Shown one piece after another: positions 1-9,989 of a stretch of DNA of 64,000 nucleotides. Made by a program: the position numbers and the translations under genes. Source of the stretch: Dicyema japonicum (lineage: Eukaryota > Animalia > Dicyemida); assembly GCA_011109175.1 (NCBI GenBank), contig RDEW01000060.1:59206-123205 (forward strand), written 5' to 3'. Positions within the stretch are counted from its first letter, which is position 1. Each line of letters begins with the position of its first letter. The notes beneath the pieces were generated by a model. It did no database searches. It worked only from the letters and a program-made list of their open reading frames with translations, and had not been told where the DNA came from.

Positions 1-241
1 TGAAATTGAATGACTTGAATTATTAAAGAATGGAGTGACTGATGAATGTGGTTTCTTTTTCTTAAATAATAAATAATGTTACGGAAGTCTGTGGAAGCAA
101 ATGTTAGTATACGGACTAAAGATCTTCGTATCATTNACGATTAGTTAAAATTAACTGTTCTTTACTTGAATAAAGTGTGTGTCCTGCCTATGTGGAGCTA
201 TAGATATTATGGCTCTCGTGAATAGTCTATTATTATTATGG

Positions 242-840
242 GTTCTGAAATTGAATGACTTGAATTATTATAGAATGGAGTGACTGATGGATGTGGTTTC
301 TTTTTCTTAAATAATAAAGAATGTTAGGGAAGTCTGTGGAAGCAAATGTTAGTATACGGACTAAAGATCTTCGTATCATTCTTCATACGCGAACAGAGCC
401 GTTGATTATATAATACATAATAATTATGTATTCGTCAGCTAAAAACATGCTTCTTTCACCACTTTCAGTGATTTTGGTAAATAATATCAAAGAAAACTGA
501 TAAAATTAAGGCGACTATTCAAGCCGATAAAAATATGCTTTCTAATGTAAAACAGGAAATATCTGACAAAATCGTTATATTTAGAGGGAAGCATCAAGTC
601 AACAAGTTACAGTAACAGCTATAGGACTATAGTTAATATATTTATACATATTGGTAACAATGCATTAACATTCCTTGTGTATAGAGTTTGTTAGCGATTT
701 AATGGTTATTTTCTTAGTAATCAGCAGAGTTTTTCATTTAATCGACCGGGAGTTAATAGGTAATAATTTTTGTTACTTATAAGTGGAGTTTACAAGAATT
801 CATCGCTAAAAAAATAAAAAAAATATAGACCGATTTAATT
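242..840. repeat. Segmental duplication module; second direct copy at ~27188-27838
   Basis: Near-identical sequence GGTTCTGAAATTGAATGACTTG...GACCGATTTAATTTT at both places; bases 1-136 repeat it again across the single N at 137. Confidence 0.9.
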
Positions 841-843
841 TTA

Positions 844-942
844 TGTCATTAAAGTATTTAAATCAATAAATTTTTTTAAAAATTTAATAAATAATTATTT
901 TAATTTTTAAAAAAATTTATTGATTTAAATACTTTAATGACA
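844..942. repeat. Perfect 41-bp inverted repeat with 17-nt spacer, overlapping the SERF start codon
   Basis: 844-884 TGTCATTAAAGTATTTAAATCAATAAATTTTTTTAAAAATT is the exact reverse complement of 902-942. Confidence 0.95.
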
Positions 943-1139
943 AGTATGTTGTAGTAAATTAGGTTTGAGGGGGCAACCAAAGAGATCTTGCACGAGAAAA
1001 AAATCAAAAAAAGAAGCAAACTACGACTCGTCCTGCAAATCAACAAGAAAATAATAAAGGACTTTCTTACCAAGAACGACTCATTAGAGACTCCAAAATA
1101 ATGCAAGAAAAGCAAGCTAAAAAATTGAATGACAAATGA
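937..1139 (+). CDS. SERF: Small EDRK-rich factor (4F5 family), 58 aa; exons 937-943 and 970-1139, 26-nt intron
   Basis: Spliced translation MTRGNQRDLAREKNQKKKQTTTRPANQQENNKGLSYQERLIRDSKIMQEKQAKKLNDK* has the SERF signature MTRGNQRxLAR...RDxxIMQxKQ; 7-nt first coding exon. Confidence 0.93.
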
Positions 1140-1624
1140 TTGCTGTAAAATTTTTTGACTCAATAATTGACTTTGTTAATTGCGGAGATATTTCTTTCTG
1201 TAATGTGAATTAGCTTATTTTGTATCACATCAGATCCTCAGATTGAATCATGTGAAGTAAATTTTTATGAATGACCAGTGAGATTTGTGGCAACATGTAA
1301 CTACGTGATTGAATATTTCCCTTTTGCTTTCAGGTAACGTGTTTTTGGTTTACCTACATAGATGAGGCCATACTGGAGCGAGTCAGGATCTCAGGATTAC
1401 TAAGTTTGATTTACCCAAAGACTCACATAAGAGTTGTAAAGTTGTATGAGGTAAATCCTCCAAGATAACATCAAAGGATCATCTGTTGAAGCTGCACACA
1501 TGGGATGATAGATAATGTGATTGTGTTTAATACTAGTATAAACCCTACAAAATAATAATAACACCAGAGACCACGGTTACACAAACCTACTAATCACGTG
1601 ATCCCAGCATGCTATAACAGGGAC

Positions 1625-1815
1625 CTCATTTTGGCGATGCTCTTCCTTCGACCCCACACAAGCACGTATCGGTTAAGTAATTGGATCTTTGCAGTCACGA
1701 CAGCGCGTTCCATGATTCATTCATTTCATGGCTTCAAGAAGCATTGGAGTTGGAACTCTTCAGAATCCAGAGTTCCATGATTTTGGAGGCTTTTTTCGGA
1801 TAGCCTCGCTCCCCA
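1625..1815 (+). pseudogene. Fragment of an unidentified coding sequence, homologous to ~59985-60155
   Basis: RPHTSTYRLSNWIFAVTTARSMIHSFHGFKKHW vs RPHTITYRQDDWIFIFTTARSTVHAYHGF*KHW, with several synonymous differences. Confidence 0.55.
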
Positions 1816-2122
1816 TACATTTGTCCAAAAGATTAAAGGCTCCAGATATCACATGCGTAAGAGATGCATGGTTCAATTAATTAAAGACATATCCAGCTTA
1901 ATTTAGAATAACAATTCAGAATATCTCTCATATTTTGTGTGAATTATTATTTAACAACATGTTTTCTACTAAAATTCGGAACTCATTAAATTCTCTTTAT
2001 CTCTGTATTGAGAATGTATTTGGAAGCCTCAGCTAACATGGACATAAAAGATTTTTTTCCTACAACTCTCCTATTAACTTGGAAGTTCATGGATCGCCCG
2101 ATCAATTTTTAATAGATTAGAG

Positions 2123-2275
2123 CAGTGTTTTCCCACCTAGGTTCCGCGGAACTTAGGCGTTCTTTTTTTATATGATTAAAATTCTGATAATTGTTAAATA
2201 CTATATTTAGGAGTTCCGTATAAAATGAAAAATGTAGATAGGGTTCCGTGTTCTCAAAAAGGTAGGGAATTACTG
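2123..2275. mobile_element. 153-bp hAT (Charlie/Buster-type) MITE
   Basis: Imperfect TIRs CAGTGTTTTCCCACCT / AGGTAGGGAATTACTG; perfect 8-bp TSD GATTAGAG (2115-2122, 2276-2283) with central TA. Confidence 0.9.
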
Positions 2276-3159
2276 GATTAGAGTGTTAATCATCGTTTCT
2301 AATTTACTGTCTTACTGATCAGAAATAAATATCTCGATCGCATGTAACATGTAAATTTAATGGTCTATTTTACAATTGCATGGATTGCTCTTTTATCAAT
2401 ATAGGCACAGAGCAAACTGTAGGTTTTACAAAATCGATGTCTCAGGATTCTATTGAAATAGTCGAAAAAGACGTCTATCTCGTTACTGCGGAGAAGACTA
2501 ATCGTCCCCCNGTGTTAATCATTGTTTCTAATTTACTGTCTTACTGATCAGAAATAAATATCTCGATCGCATGTAACATGTAAGTTTAATGGTCAATTTC
2601 ACAATTGTTTGGTTACCATAGTGGATTAATGGCTTCAATGAGAATAACCATTTCTAAGAATATAAAATTCTCAGTTAAAGACTAGCTGCGATATATCGGG
2701 ACAGTTAAAAAACTTCATTGTTGAAGATCCTAATAGGAATCCTTATTTATCCGCAGGGATTTAAAACTAATAAAGAATCTATGTGTTGGGATGTAAAGAT
2801 TGAAAGAACCTTGATGCAACATAGTCTTTACAACAATGTATTTTATTTTTAAGTTTTAGATTTTGATTAAATTTATTATTTTAGAAAGTTTGTTGTATTT
2901 TAAAATTTCAGCAAAATTATTTAAAAGACATTATTCGGTAGAATATTTGTGTCAATTTCGACGACTTCACAAGGAAGGAGTGTCCTAATGAAAAAGTCCT
3001 TGAAATAGGAATTCTATGTGGAACTTGATATTTTGAATGGAATTGAATTTTTTGTTTAAAGCAAGGATTAGGAACAAATTTGGAAAACAAATTGAGTTTT
3101 GTTACAAATCATCAGCTCAGTAAATCTTTTGTACTGTAAAGGGGGTTAATCTTTCAACT

Positions 3160-3480
3160 TTTAGTAAAATCTAAACAAGCTCGTGCAATTAGATTTTTGC
3201 AAGACGTGAGACATCAGAAACGAGAAATCACTCGAATGCTAAAAAGTTGAAAATGAGGGACCACTTCGTCAACTATCGGTACAACTACTTGTTCAACTAA
3301 AAGCGGCCCAACAACGAGGAAGACAACTTCATTCACTGAGTTTGAGTGACGGTGATGTTTTTAATTATGGTTATCTACTGTTTTAACGGAAATGAGATTT
3401 TGTGTACTCACGTCTGATAAACGCAGAAAAGTTTTTTTTATCGTGAGCGTGGGAAATACATTTCATCTAGTCCTATGGAT
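3160..3480 (+). mobile_element. Possible decayed Tc1-like transposase remnant
   Basis: Broken frames KQARAIRFLQD..REITRMLKS (HTH-like) and FCVLTSDKRRKVFFYRERG; weak similarity. Confidence 0.3.
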
Positions 3481-3884
3481 TAGAGCCTACGAAGCACAGT
3501 AAAACTTCTACATTGAGTAACAGACTACTAAAAATAATTGCGAAGATAATACTGAATCGGGTTTTACTGTAATAATGTTATTTATACAGAACAACATGAA
3601 AGTTGTATATTGCATAAGCTTAAAGTATCCTAATTCGTTTTCTTGGTTCAGTTTACTATTTACATTTTTTTCAATTATAATAGCAATTTAAAAAAAATTT
3701 GAAAATATAAAATAAATATTTAAAAATTTACTCATTTTTATTTTATCCGAAAAGCGAAGAATAAAGTGAGGCGACATGGTCCGTGCAAAATCTACTAAAC
3801 CTGATGGGTCTTTGGTTACTGAAGAACCGTCTGAATGTATCATCAGAAAAGTTGCATGAAATGACGTTTACCTCAGCACAAAAA

Positions 3885-4320
3885 AGAATTATACAAACAA
3901 TGTGTTCTACCTAGTATCGAGTACGCCTGTACTGCATGGATTGCTCTTTTATCAATATAGACAAAGAGCAAAATGAAGGTTTTACAAAATCGATGTCTCA
4001 GGATTCTATTGAAATAGTCAAAAAAGACGTCTACCTCGTTACTGCGGAGAACACTAATCGTCCCCCAATCATGAAATACTTTAAGGAACGTCGCCGGGAC
4101 TTCCTCAAAATGGGAAAAACTATCCCCTCAGTTCGCACTTCAGACTATATATGGACGCCTGCCCAAGATATCAAAAGAAACCTTTCCCACTGTGGAGATT
4201 AATTTAGGACTCCTAAACTAACTGCGAGAAAAGGACTAGTATGAACATCGAGATTACTTAATTAGACGATAACTTTATCCTCTTTCTCGTAATTTCGGGG
4301 TTAATAAAATTAATTAATAA
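3885..4320 (+). mobile_element. 3' fragment of a Jockey-like LINE; related copies at 2380-2510 (+), ~39040-39450 (-), ~55400-55830 (+)
   Basis: LYKQCVLPSIEYACTAW...KVLQNRCLRILL (RT C-terminal region), then a 3' UTR ending CGGGGTTAATAAAATTAATT. Confidence 0.75.
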
Positions 4321-4752
4321 ATTGAAAGAAAAGCGGAAAATAAATACTGTTTATACTTATAAATGTGATTGAATAGTAACTCTAATCTGAACCTTGAAGT
4401 ATTTAAAAGAAATTTAGTCTACTTAACCATACGATGAGTAAGAAAGTAATAATTTGAGTATCTCGAATGAACAGAGTTTATCAGACGGAGCATTCATCAG
4501 AGGAACAGACTTCATCAGAGGTAGTTTTCCGAATGTTAGGGATCAGATTAACAATTTTTAATAAGATGCTGATTCGATCACAAAAAATTATTGAACTGAA
4601 TAAAAATCATAGATAGGAATTAATTATTTTAATATAAAACTATTAATTTATCAACTTTATATATTTGTGAATTAAATATTAATCTTTTGATACATTATAA
4701 AATTACAAATAGTTTTTAATAAAGTCAGTTAATTTATACCCAGTAAATCATA

Positions 4753-5021
4753 TTTAAAACTGCCATCCATCCAAAGTGGACCCCGCAGACATTATCGATG
4801 TTGCGTTGCCTCTCACTATTGCAACAGAGATCAACTGGAGTAGCGTCGTGGCTTTTTAGTGTAGCTAAGCGTCCAAGTTTCTTTAGGAAGCGAAGCGATT
4901 TTCCACTTATTCCTCCAGTTGTCTCGACCACTATCAGATAAAACGCGAATCGGTCGCGTAGCGCTTCGTATTTCTTCTCCTTTGCCATCATTGTTTTTTC
5001 CGCGGAATACAGTGTGTCTAC
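4753..5021 (-). CDS. C-terminal part of the CRE restriction-like endonuclease (one frameshift)
   Basis: [50 protein letters not shown].../ISVAIVRGNATSIMSAG..F*; it continues exactly where the + strand ORF ends ([10 protein letters not shown]). Confidence 0.88.
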
Positions 5022-5122
5022 CGGATTTTTGTGGATTCTCTGCACGTTGTGTCGTCTGTTCTCGTTGTGTTGCTAAAAGAAGAGGATAAGTAGAGAATAA
5101 GAAAGGAAAATCAGAAAAGAAC

Positions 5123-5386
5123 ATGCAGAAAACTGTAAAAGAATATGAGATCTGCACAAAGTGCAACATAATGAACAAAAGAAAGCGGATGATCCATTGC
5201 ACAGCATGTTCGTATGGCTTCCACATGTCCTGTGCCGGAATGACTAAAAGAGCCCTGGCTGCCATTTCCGATTGGCACTGTCGATCTAGTCTCTCACCAG
5301 ATAATACGACAAACTCTTCCCTACGCTACCCTTCTGAACATGTTCCACTAGACCATCAGGAAATACTTGAATTGATCTCCATTTGA
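5123..5386 (+). CDS. N-terminal PHD-finger segment of the CRE ORF (frameshifted from the RT part)
   Basis: CTKC-x9-CTAC-x4-HMSC...WHCRS C4HC3-like spacing; also present in the decayed copy at 54112. Confidence 0.75.
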   Translation: MQKTVKEYEICTKCNIMNKRKRMIHCTACSYGFHMSCAGMTKRALAAISDWHCRSSLSPDNTTNSSLRYPSEHVPLDHQEILELISI

Positions 5387-7395
5387 CACACACACGAAGA
5401 CTCCTGATTAGGATCCTTAAATCTGCCCGTATATCTGTCGCGGACTGCCTATGTGAGTGTATTGAAAGGGCAGTTTCTTTGGACGACTCTGATGATTGGG
5501 TACGGTTATTTTGTTTTGCTCCATTCACACTATGCATACCCCATAGGAGAGGGAAAGAAGAGAAATCACTTACGTCATTAGTAAAGGAGAATGTTCACAC
5601 ATTCTTCTCAAAAAACCTATTGGCAGACTCAGAAAAGCTCACTTACAAATTTCAAAACCATGAGAAGCCAACATCGACTATCTCGGACACTCAGAGATTA
5701 AGAAGCGCGATCCGTCGAAAACTTTCGGAAGGTGGTATCCGTGCTGCGGTGAGGATCCTTGCAGATCAACAATGTATAATTGAGCCGTCCGAACAGTCAT
5801 ACGTATCACTTGTTGAGCGACACCCAAGTCTTCCCAACGACCACCGGGTTCCCCCTTGCCCAGGACAATTACCCAATCTGCTTGTCTCTGAAGAGGACGT
5901 AAAAGATGGGATCCTCTCTTTCGTCCCGAGTAGCAGTGGAGGACTAGATGGGCTCCGTCCGGGTCACATCAAAGATCTCATTGCTCATAACACGGGCAAC
6001 TCTGGGGTCCGGCTCGTGTTGGCTATCACCAAACTAATGAACAGGATGCTAACAGGGGCACTACCAGAAACAATTCGACACGTAATGTTCTCCGCAAAGT
6101 TAATCGCATTCGACAAGAAGGGAGGTGGAATACGCCCTATTGCAGTCGGAATGGTCTTCCGTCGGTTGGCATCAAAGCTTGTATGCGGAGCAATCCTACC
6201 TACGCTAATAACACAGCTGCAACCAACCCAAATAGCAGTCGGCACACCGGGGGGTTGTGAAGCGGCAGTTCATGCTGTCCGAACATTCACCGATAAGAAC
6301 GTGAACATTCCTCACGTAATCGTCAAAATTGACATTAAAAATGCTTTCAACTCGATACGACGTGATACAATTCTGGAGGATTCCTTCACATACTACCCAT
6401 CAATGTACAGCTATATTCATAGCTCGTACGGAAAACCATCCAGTCTGGTACATGGCCAATATTACATTCCATCGTCTTCTGGAGTCCAACAAGGAGACCC
6501 ACTAGGGCCCGCCTTGTTCAGCCTGGGAATTGCCCGTATCACAGGATACTGCTCCACTCCTCTAAGAGTATGGTATTTGGATGATTGCACCATGGGCGGC
6601 CATCCGAAGGATGTACTAGATTGTTTGAAAAGTCTGATAGTACAATTGGAATCCCTATGCCTAACTCTAAACACCAATAAGTGTGAAGTAACCAATTTTG
6701 GATTTCCACAGTCTGAATGGGATCTGATCCTTGGTATGTTCAGAGAGATCATTCCGAAAGCCACAGAAACCAAATCAGAACAACTGGAAATACTTGGATG
6801 CCCTCTTACTGATGCTGGAATCAGTAACACTCTAAGAACAAAAGAACATCAACTAAAAACAACATTCAGACGTCTGGAGATGCTGGACGCACACACCTCC
6901 CTATTCCTCATGAGAAACGCCTTATCAGCACAGAAACTAAACTACGTTCTTCGGGGGGCACCCTGCTACTTGAAAATGCAACAGCTCGATGCTATCGATT
7001 CCCTCTTCCGGAGTACTATTGAACATATCACAAATGTGAAATTTGACGATCAAGGGTGGGACCAAGCGACCCTACCCGTTAGGCTGGGCGGACTGGGAAT
7101 CCCTTCAACGAAAGATCTGGCTTGCCCTGCTTATCTATCCTCTTTGGGCACCAGCCGACTGCTGGTCAGGATGATTCTCCAACTCCAAACAGAATCATCT
7201 GAAATCACAGAGATGGAGCATTTGAAGGGGATGATGCCTGAGCAGAAAGATCGTTACAGGACCATCTGCGAGGATAAATATGAGAGGCTTCTGAACCAAT
7301 CAAACCAACACAGACGTGCATGTCTAGTCACTGGAAGAATCGAGTGGCGCATGGATCAATGCACTCCCTGTTGGCAGTGTCGGGACCCATCTTGA
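5383..7395 (+). CDS. CRE reverse transcriptase region
   Basis: [71 protein letters not shown] motifs. Confidence 0.95.
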   Translation: MTHTRRLLIRILKSARISVADCLCECIERAVSLDDSDDWVRLFCFAPFTLCIPHRRGKEEKSLTSLVKENVHTFFSKNLLADSEKLTYKFQNHEKPTSTISDTQRLRSAIRRKLSEGGIRAAVRILADQQCIIEPSEQSYVSLVERHPSLPNDHRVPPCPGQLPNLLVSEEDVKDGILSFVPSSSGGLDGLRPGHIKDLIAHNTGNSGVRLVLAITKLMNRMLTGALPETIRHVMFSAKLIAFDKKGGGIRPIAVGMVFRRLASKLVCGAILPTLITQLQPTQIAVGTPGGCEAAVHAVRTFTDKNVNIPHVIVKIDIKNAFNSIRRDTILEDSFTYYPSMYSYIHSSYGKPSSLVHGQYYIPSSSGVQQGDPLGPALFSLGIARITGYCSTPLRVWYLDDCTMGGHPKDVLDCLKSLIVQLESLCLTLNTNKCEVTNFGFPQSEWDLILGMFREIIPKATETKSEQLEILGCPLTDAGISNTLRTKEHQLKTTFRRLEMLDAHTSLFLMRNALSAQKLNYVLRGAPCYLKMQQLDAIDSLFRSTIEHITNVKFDDQGWDQATLPVRLGGLGIPSTKDLACPAYLSSLGTSRLLVRMILQLQTESSEITEMEHLKGMMPEQKDRYRTICEDKYERLLNQSNQHRRACLVTGRIEWRMDQCTPCWQCRDPS

Positions 7396-7399
7396 CGAC

Positions 7400-7759
7400 A
7401 ATACTGTCCGCATCGGCATCTCCACCAGAGATTTGCCGGATCCACAAATGCCGATGTGGCCCAACCGTCGATTGTTATGGACTCCATGCCCTCTCTTGTC
7501 GAAGGAGTGCAGGACGATTCCCAAGACACAAGGCGATCAACGGAATTGTTAAGCGAGCCCTGGAGTCTGCGGGATACCCAGCCATACTAGAACCTGTTGG
7601 TCTGGACAGAGGAGACGGAAAACGTCCCGACGGGATCACAATTTTCCCATTCGAAGAGGGGAAACCTTTGATCTGGGACGCTACTTGTGTCGACAAGCTT
7701 TGCCCGTCCAACATTGTCGGGAGCGCTGTAGACACACTGTATTCCGCTGAAAAAACAAT
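7400..7759 (+). CDS. CRE CCHC zinc finger and start of restriction-like endonuclease (frameshifted from RT)
   Basis: [34 protein letters not shown]. Confidence 0.9.
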
Positions 7760-7847
7760 ATTAATCTTAAATTAAATTTTTGATTGAGCTGGTGACGTGG
7801 CTCTAATAAAGTATTAACATGTCTGAAAAGTATGAACCTTATCTTNG

Positions 7848-7910
7848 GACGCTACTTGTGTCGATAATGTCGGCGGGGTCCACTTTGGATGGATGGCAGT
7901 TTTAATAAAA
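7848..7910 (+). mobile_element. Internally deleted CRE 3' fragment next to a single-N join
   Basis: GGACGCTACTTGTGTCGA (=7676-7693) fused to TAATGTCGGCGGGGTCCACTTTGGATGGATGGCAGTTTTAA (matches the element 3' end, rc of ~4753-4793). Confidence 0.8.
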
Positions 7911-8407
7911 GAATAAATTTGTGTTGTTTTATAATAGTTACACTTAGGAATCGTCCCCTCCCTTGTCGGTCTGGGATCATTTAGTTAGTTGAGAACATAT
8001 TATTTCTTTTCTTTGACCCAGTGATCCTAGAGGTAATAATAATAGTTACAAGAAAGTCATATTATGTAGTATCTCTTTGGTTACCATGGAAACACGTAAA
8101 AAAACATGTTGCCCATAGGCTTAGGTTGCACATGTGAGATAGTATTACGTGGAAACGTATTAAATTTAACAAAAGTTGTTTGTCAATTTTTATACTTTTA
8201 ATGGAAAATTAACATTTATAATTCAAATTAGATTGTTGAGGAAAATTTCAGGAAAACTTTTTTATTTATGAATTTGTTTATGCAGGAATTTTTTTATTGA
8301 TAAATTAATTTCAGTATTTTTTATCAAAAAAATACTATTGATTTTTTACGTCATATATAAGGCGAAATTTCGGACAAATATATTTTCTGTAAGTCACAAC
8401 ATTGTCC

Positions 8408-8764
8408 ATGAATGAAACTTCTAGAAATAAATCTACATTACAAAGAGCAACGTGGTCATCACGCTTTGATTTTTTAATATCTACCGTGGGTCTTTCGATT
8501 GGTTTTGGAAACGTTTGGAGATTTCCGTATTTGTGCTATAAACATGGCGGAGGTAAAATTTTAGATAAATTTTCTTAGGAGCCTTCTTAATACCCTATTT
8601 TCTAGCAGCAATATTTTGCGGAATTCCTCTAGTGTATACTGAAAGTCTAATTGGACAACTTACAAAGAGATCAGCCATAAAATGTTGGAATTTTTGCCCG
8701 TTGTTAAGCGGTACTTATAATTTTAATCTGCAATGAAAATTCAAGGAATCGGAGTAGCATGCGC
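8408..8764 (+). CDS. SLC6 sodium:neurotransmitter symporter family gene, 5' partial; exons 8408-8552, 8579-8710, 8746-8764; ends at N 8765
   Basis: [48 protein letters not shown]|[29 protein letters not shown]...WNFCPLLS|GIGVAC; introns of 26 and 35 nt. Confidence 0.93.
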
Positions 8765-9989
8765 NCACGCAGTGAGGGCACCAACTAAATAATATAAACC
8801 CATTATTTTCAATTTTTGAACCATAAAATAAATAGATTATTGATACCTAACAATTTTGGATACAAATAGCATGGAAAACAAATATANTATGATGCAGCTC
8901 TCAATTCTGAGAAGGAACAGCCACGCAGTGAGGGCAGCAACTAAATAATATAAACCCATTATTTTTAATTTTTGAACCATAAAATAAATAGATTATTGAT
9001 ACCTAACAATTTTGGATACAAATAGCATGGAAAACTAATGTAACCAAAATAATCCTGACATGATGCAGACAACATAACAATTTGAATTACAAAAAACTGG
9101 AAGAGAAATATAGCCAAAAGATATATACGGAAAATCTTAAATTATATCCAAAAAATACAATTAGTTTCACCAAAGGCCTTCAGGCATTTCACCAAAAAAT
9201 ACAAATCCTAAATTATATCCAAAAAATATAATTGTTTATGGTGGACAGATGGGTTTATGAAAAAAAAAGAAATTAAAATCCTCATATTGTAGCCAAATTT
9301 ACAAAACTGGAAAAGCACTTCGAATAAATCCCTAGAGCTAGTTCTGGAATCTATCTCAACACCGCAGACAAAGTCCCACAAATCACTATTCTAGTGTGAA
9401 AGATTTGCTAGAAAGCATAAGGATCAAGGAATTGTTAGTTTGATAATACCATTGATCAATAAGACTTTCTTAGGGTAGCTGAGAATATTCCAGAACGTGT
9501 TAGCATGGAACGAAATTGTCTGCTTGTGGAATAATTAGTTTGACCCTTTAAAATCCCATCAAGGCAATGGGCGTAACTGAATAAGGAAAAAAAGAAATTT
9601 TAAACTAATTAGCAATAACAGAACATGGCGCCTCGTGTCAAGTTATGGCTAAATAGTTTAGGAGAGAAATTAGTCATGCAGACATTTTTAGTTTCATTAG
9701 TTAGTGAAAAGCTACTTTTCGTAACCCTAAAAGGGTTTCGATTGAACCATGCTATACAGCCATCATCGCCACACCAACTTGTTTCTGGTAATCATTAGAA
9801 CGTCATCCAGGTTATATGCTGTTACCAAGTTTAGACCGATTGTTTCTTAATCATCTTTTAAGCAAATTGGTAGTGTATTTCTGGGTCTGCTTCGAAATAC
9901 GTTACTTTCGGCACAGTAGAAATATTCTTCCATTATCCTGTTACACGTCGTAGTCGGGTCCAGACAAAAAAATGTCCGGATAGTTGTAG

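Larger units (their letters stand above)
4687..7756. mobile_element. CRE-clade (RLE-type) non-LTR retrotransposon, near full length with 5' inversion; 12-bp TSD AATATTAATCTT
   Basis: TSD at 4675-4686 and 7757-7768; 5' part (UTR, PHD, RT, Zn finger, RLE start) on + at 5022-7759; 3' end on - at 5021-4687. Confidence 0.9.

Noticed and set aside
844-942. TGT...ACA palindrome as a Ginger-type MITE
   Set aside because: No TSD, and the right arm is the SERF upstream region and ATG, present without the left arm in copy 2
900-1163. Minus-strand ORF MSQKILQQ... (also 28339-28626)
   Set aside because: Antisense shadow of the SERF gene
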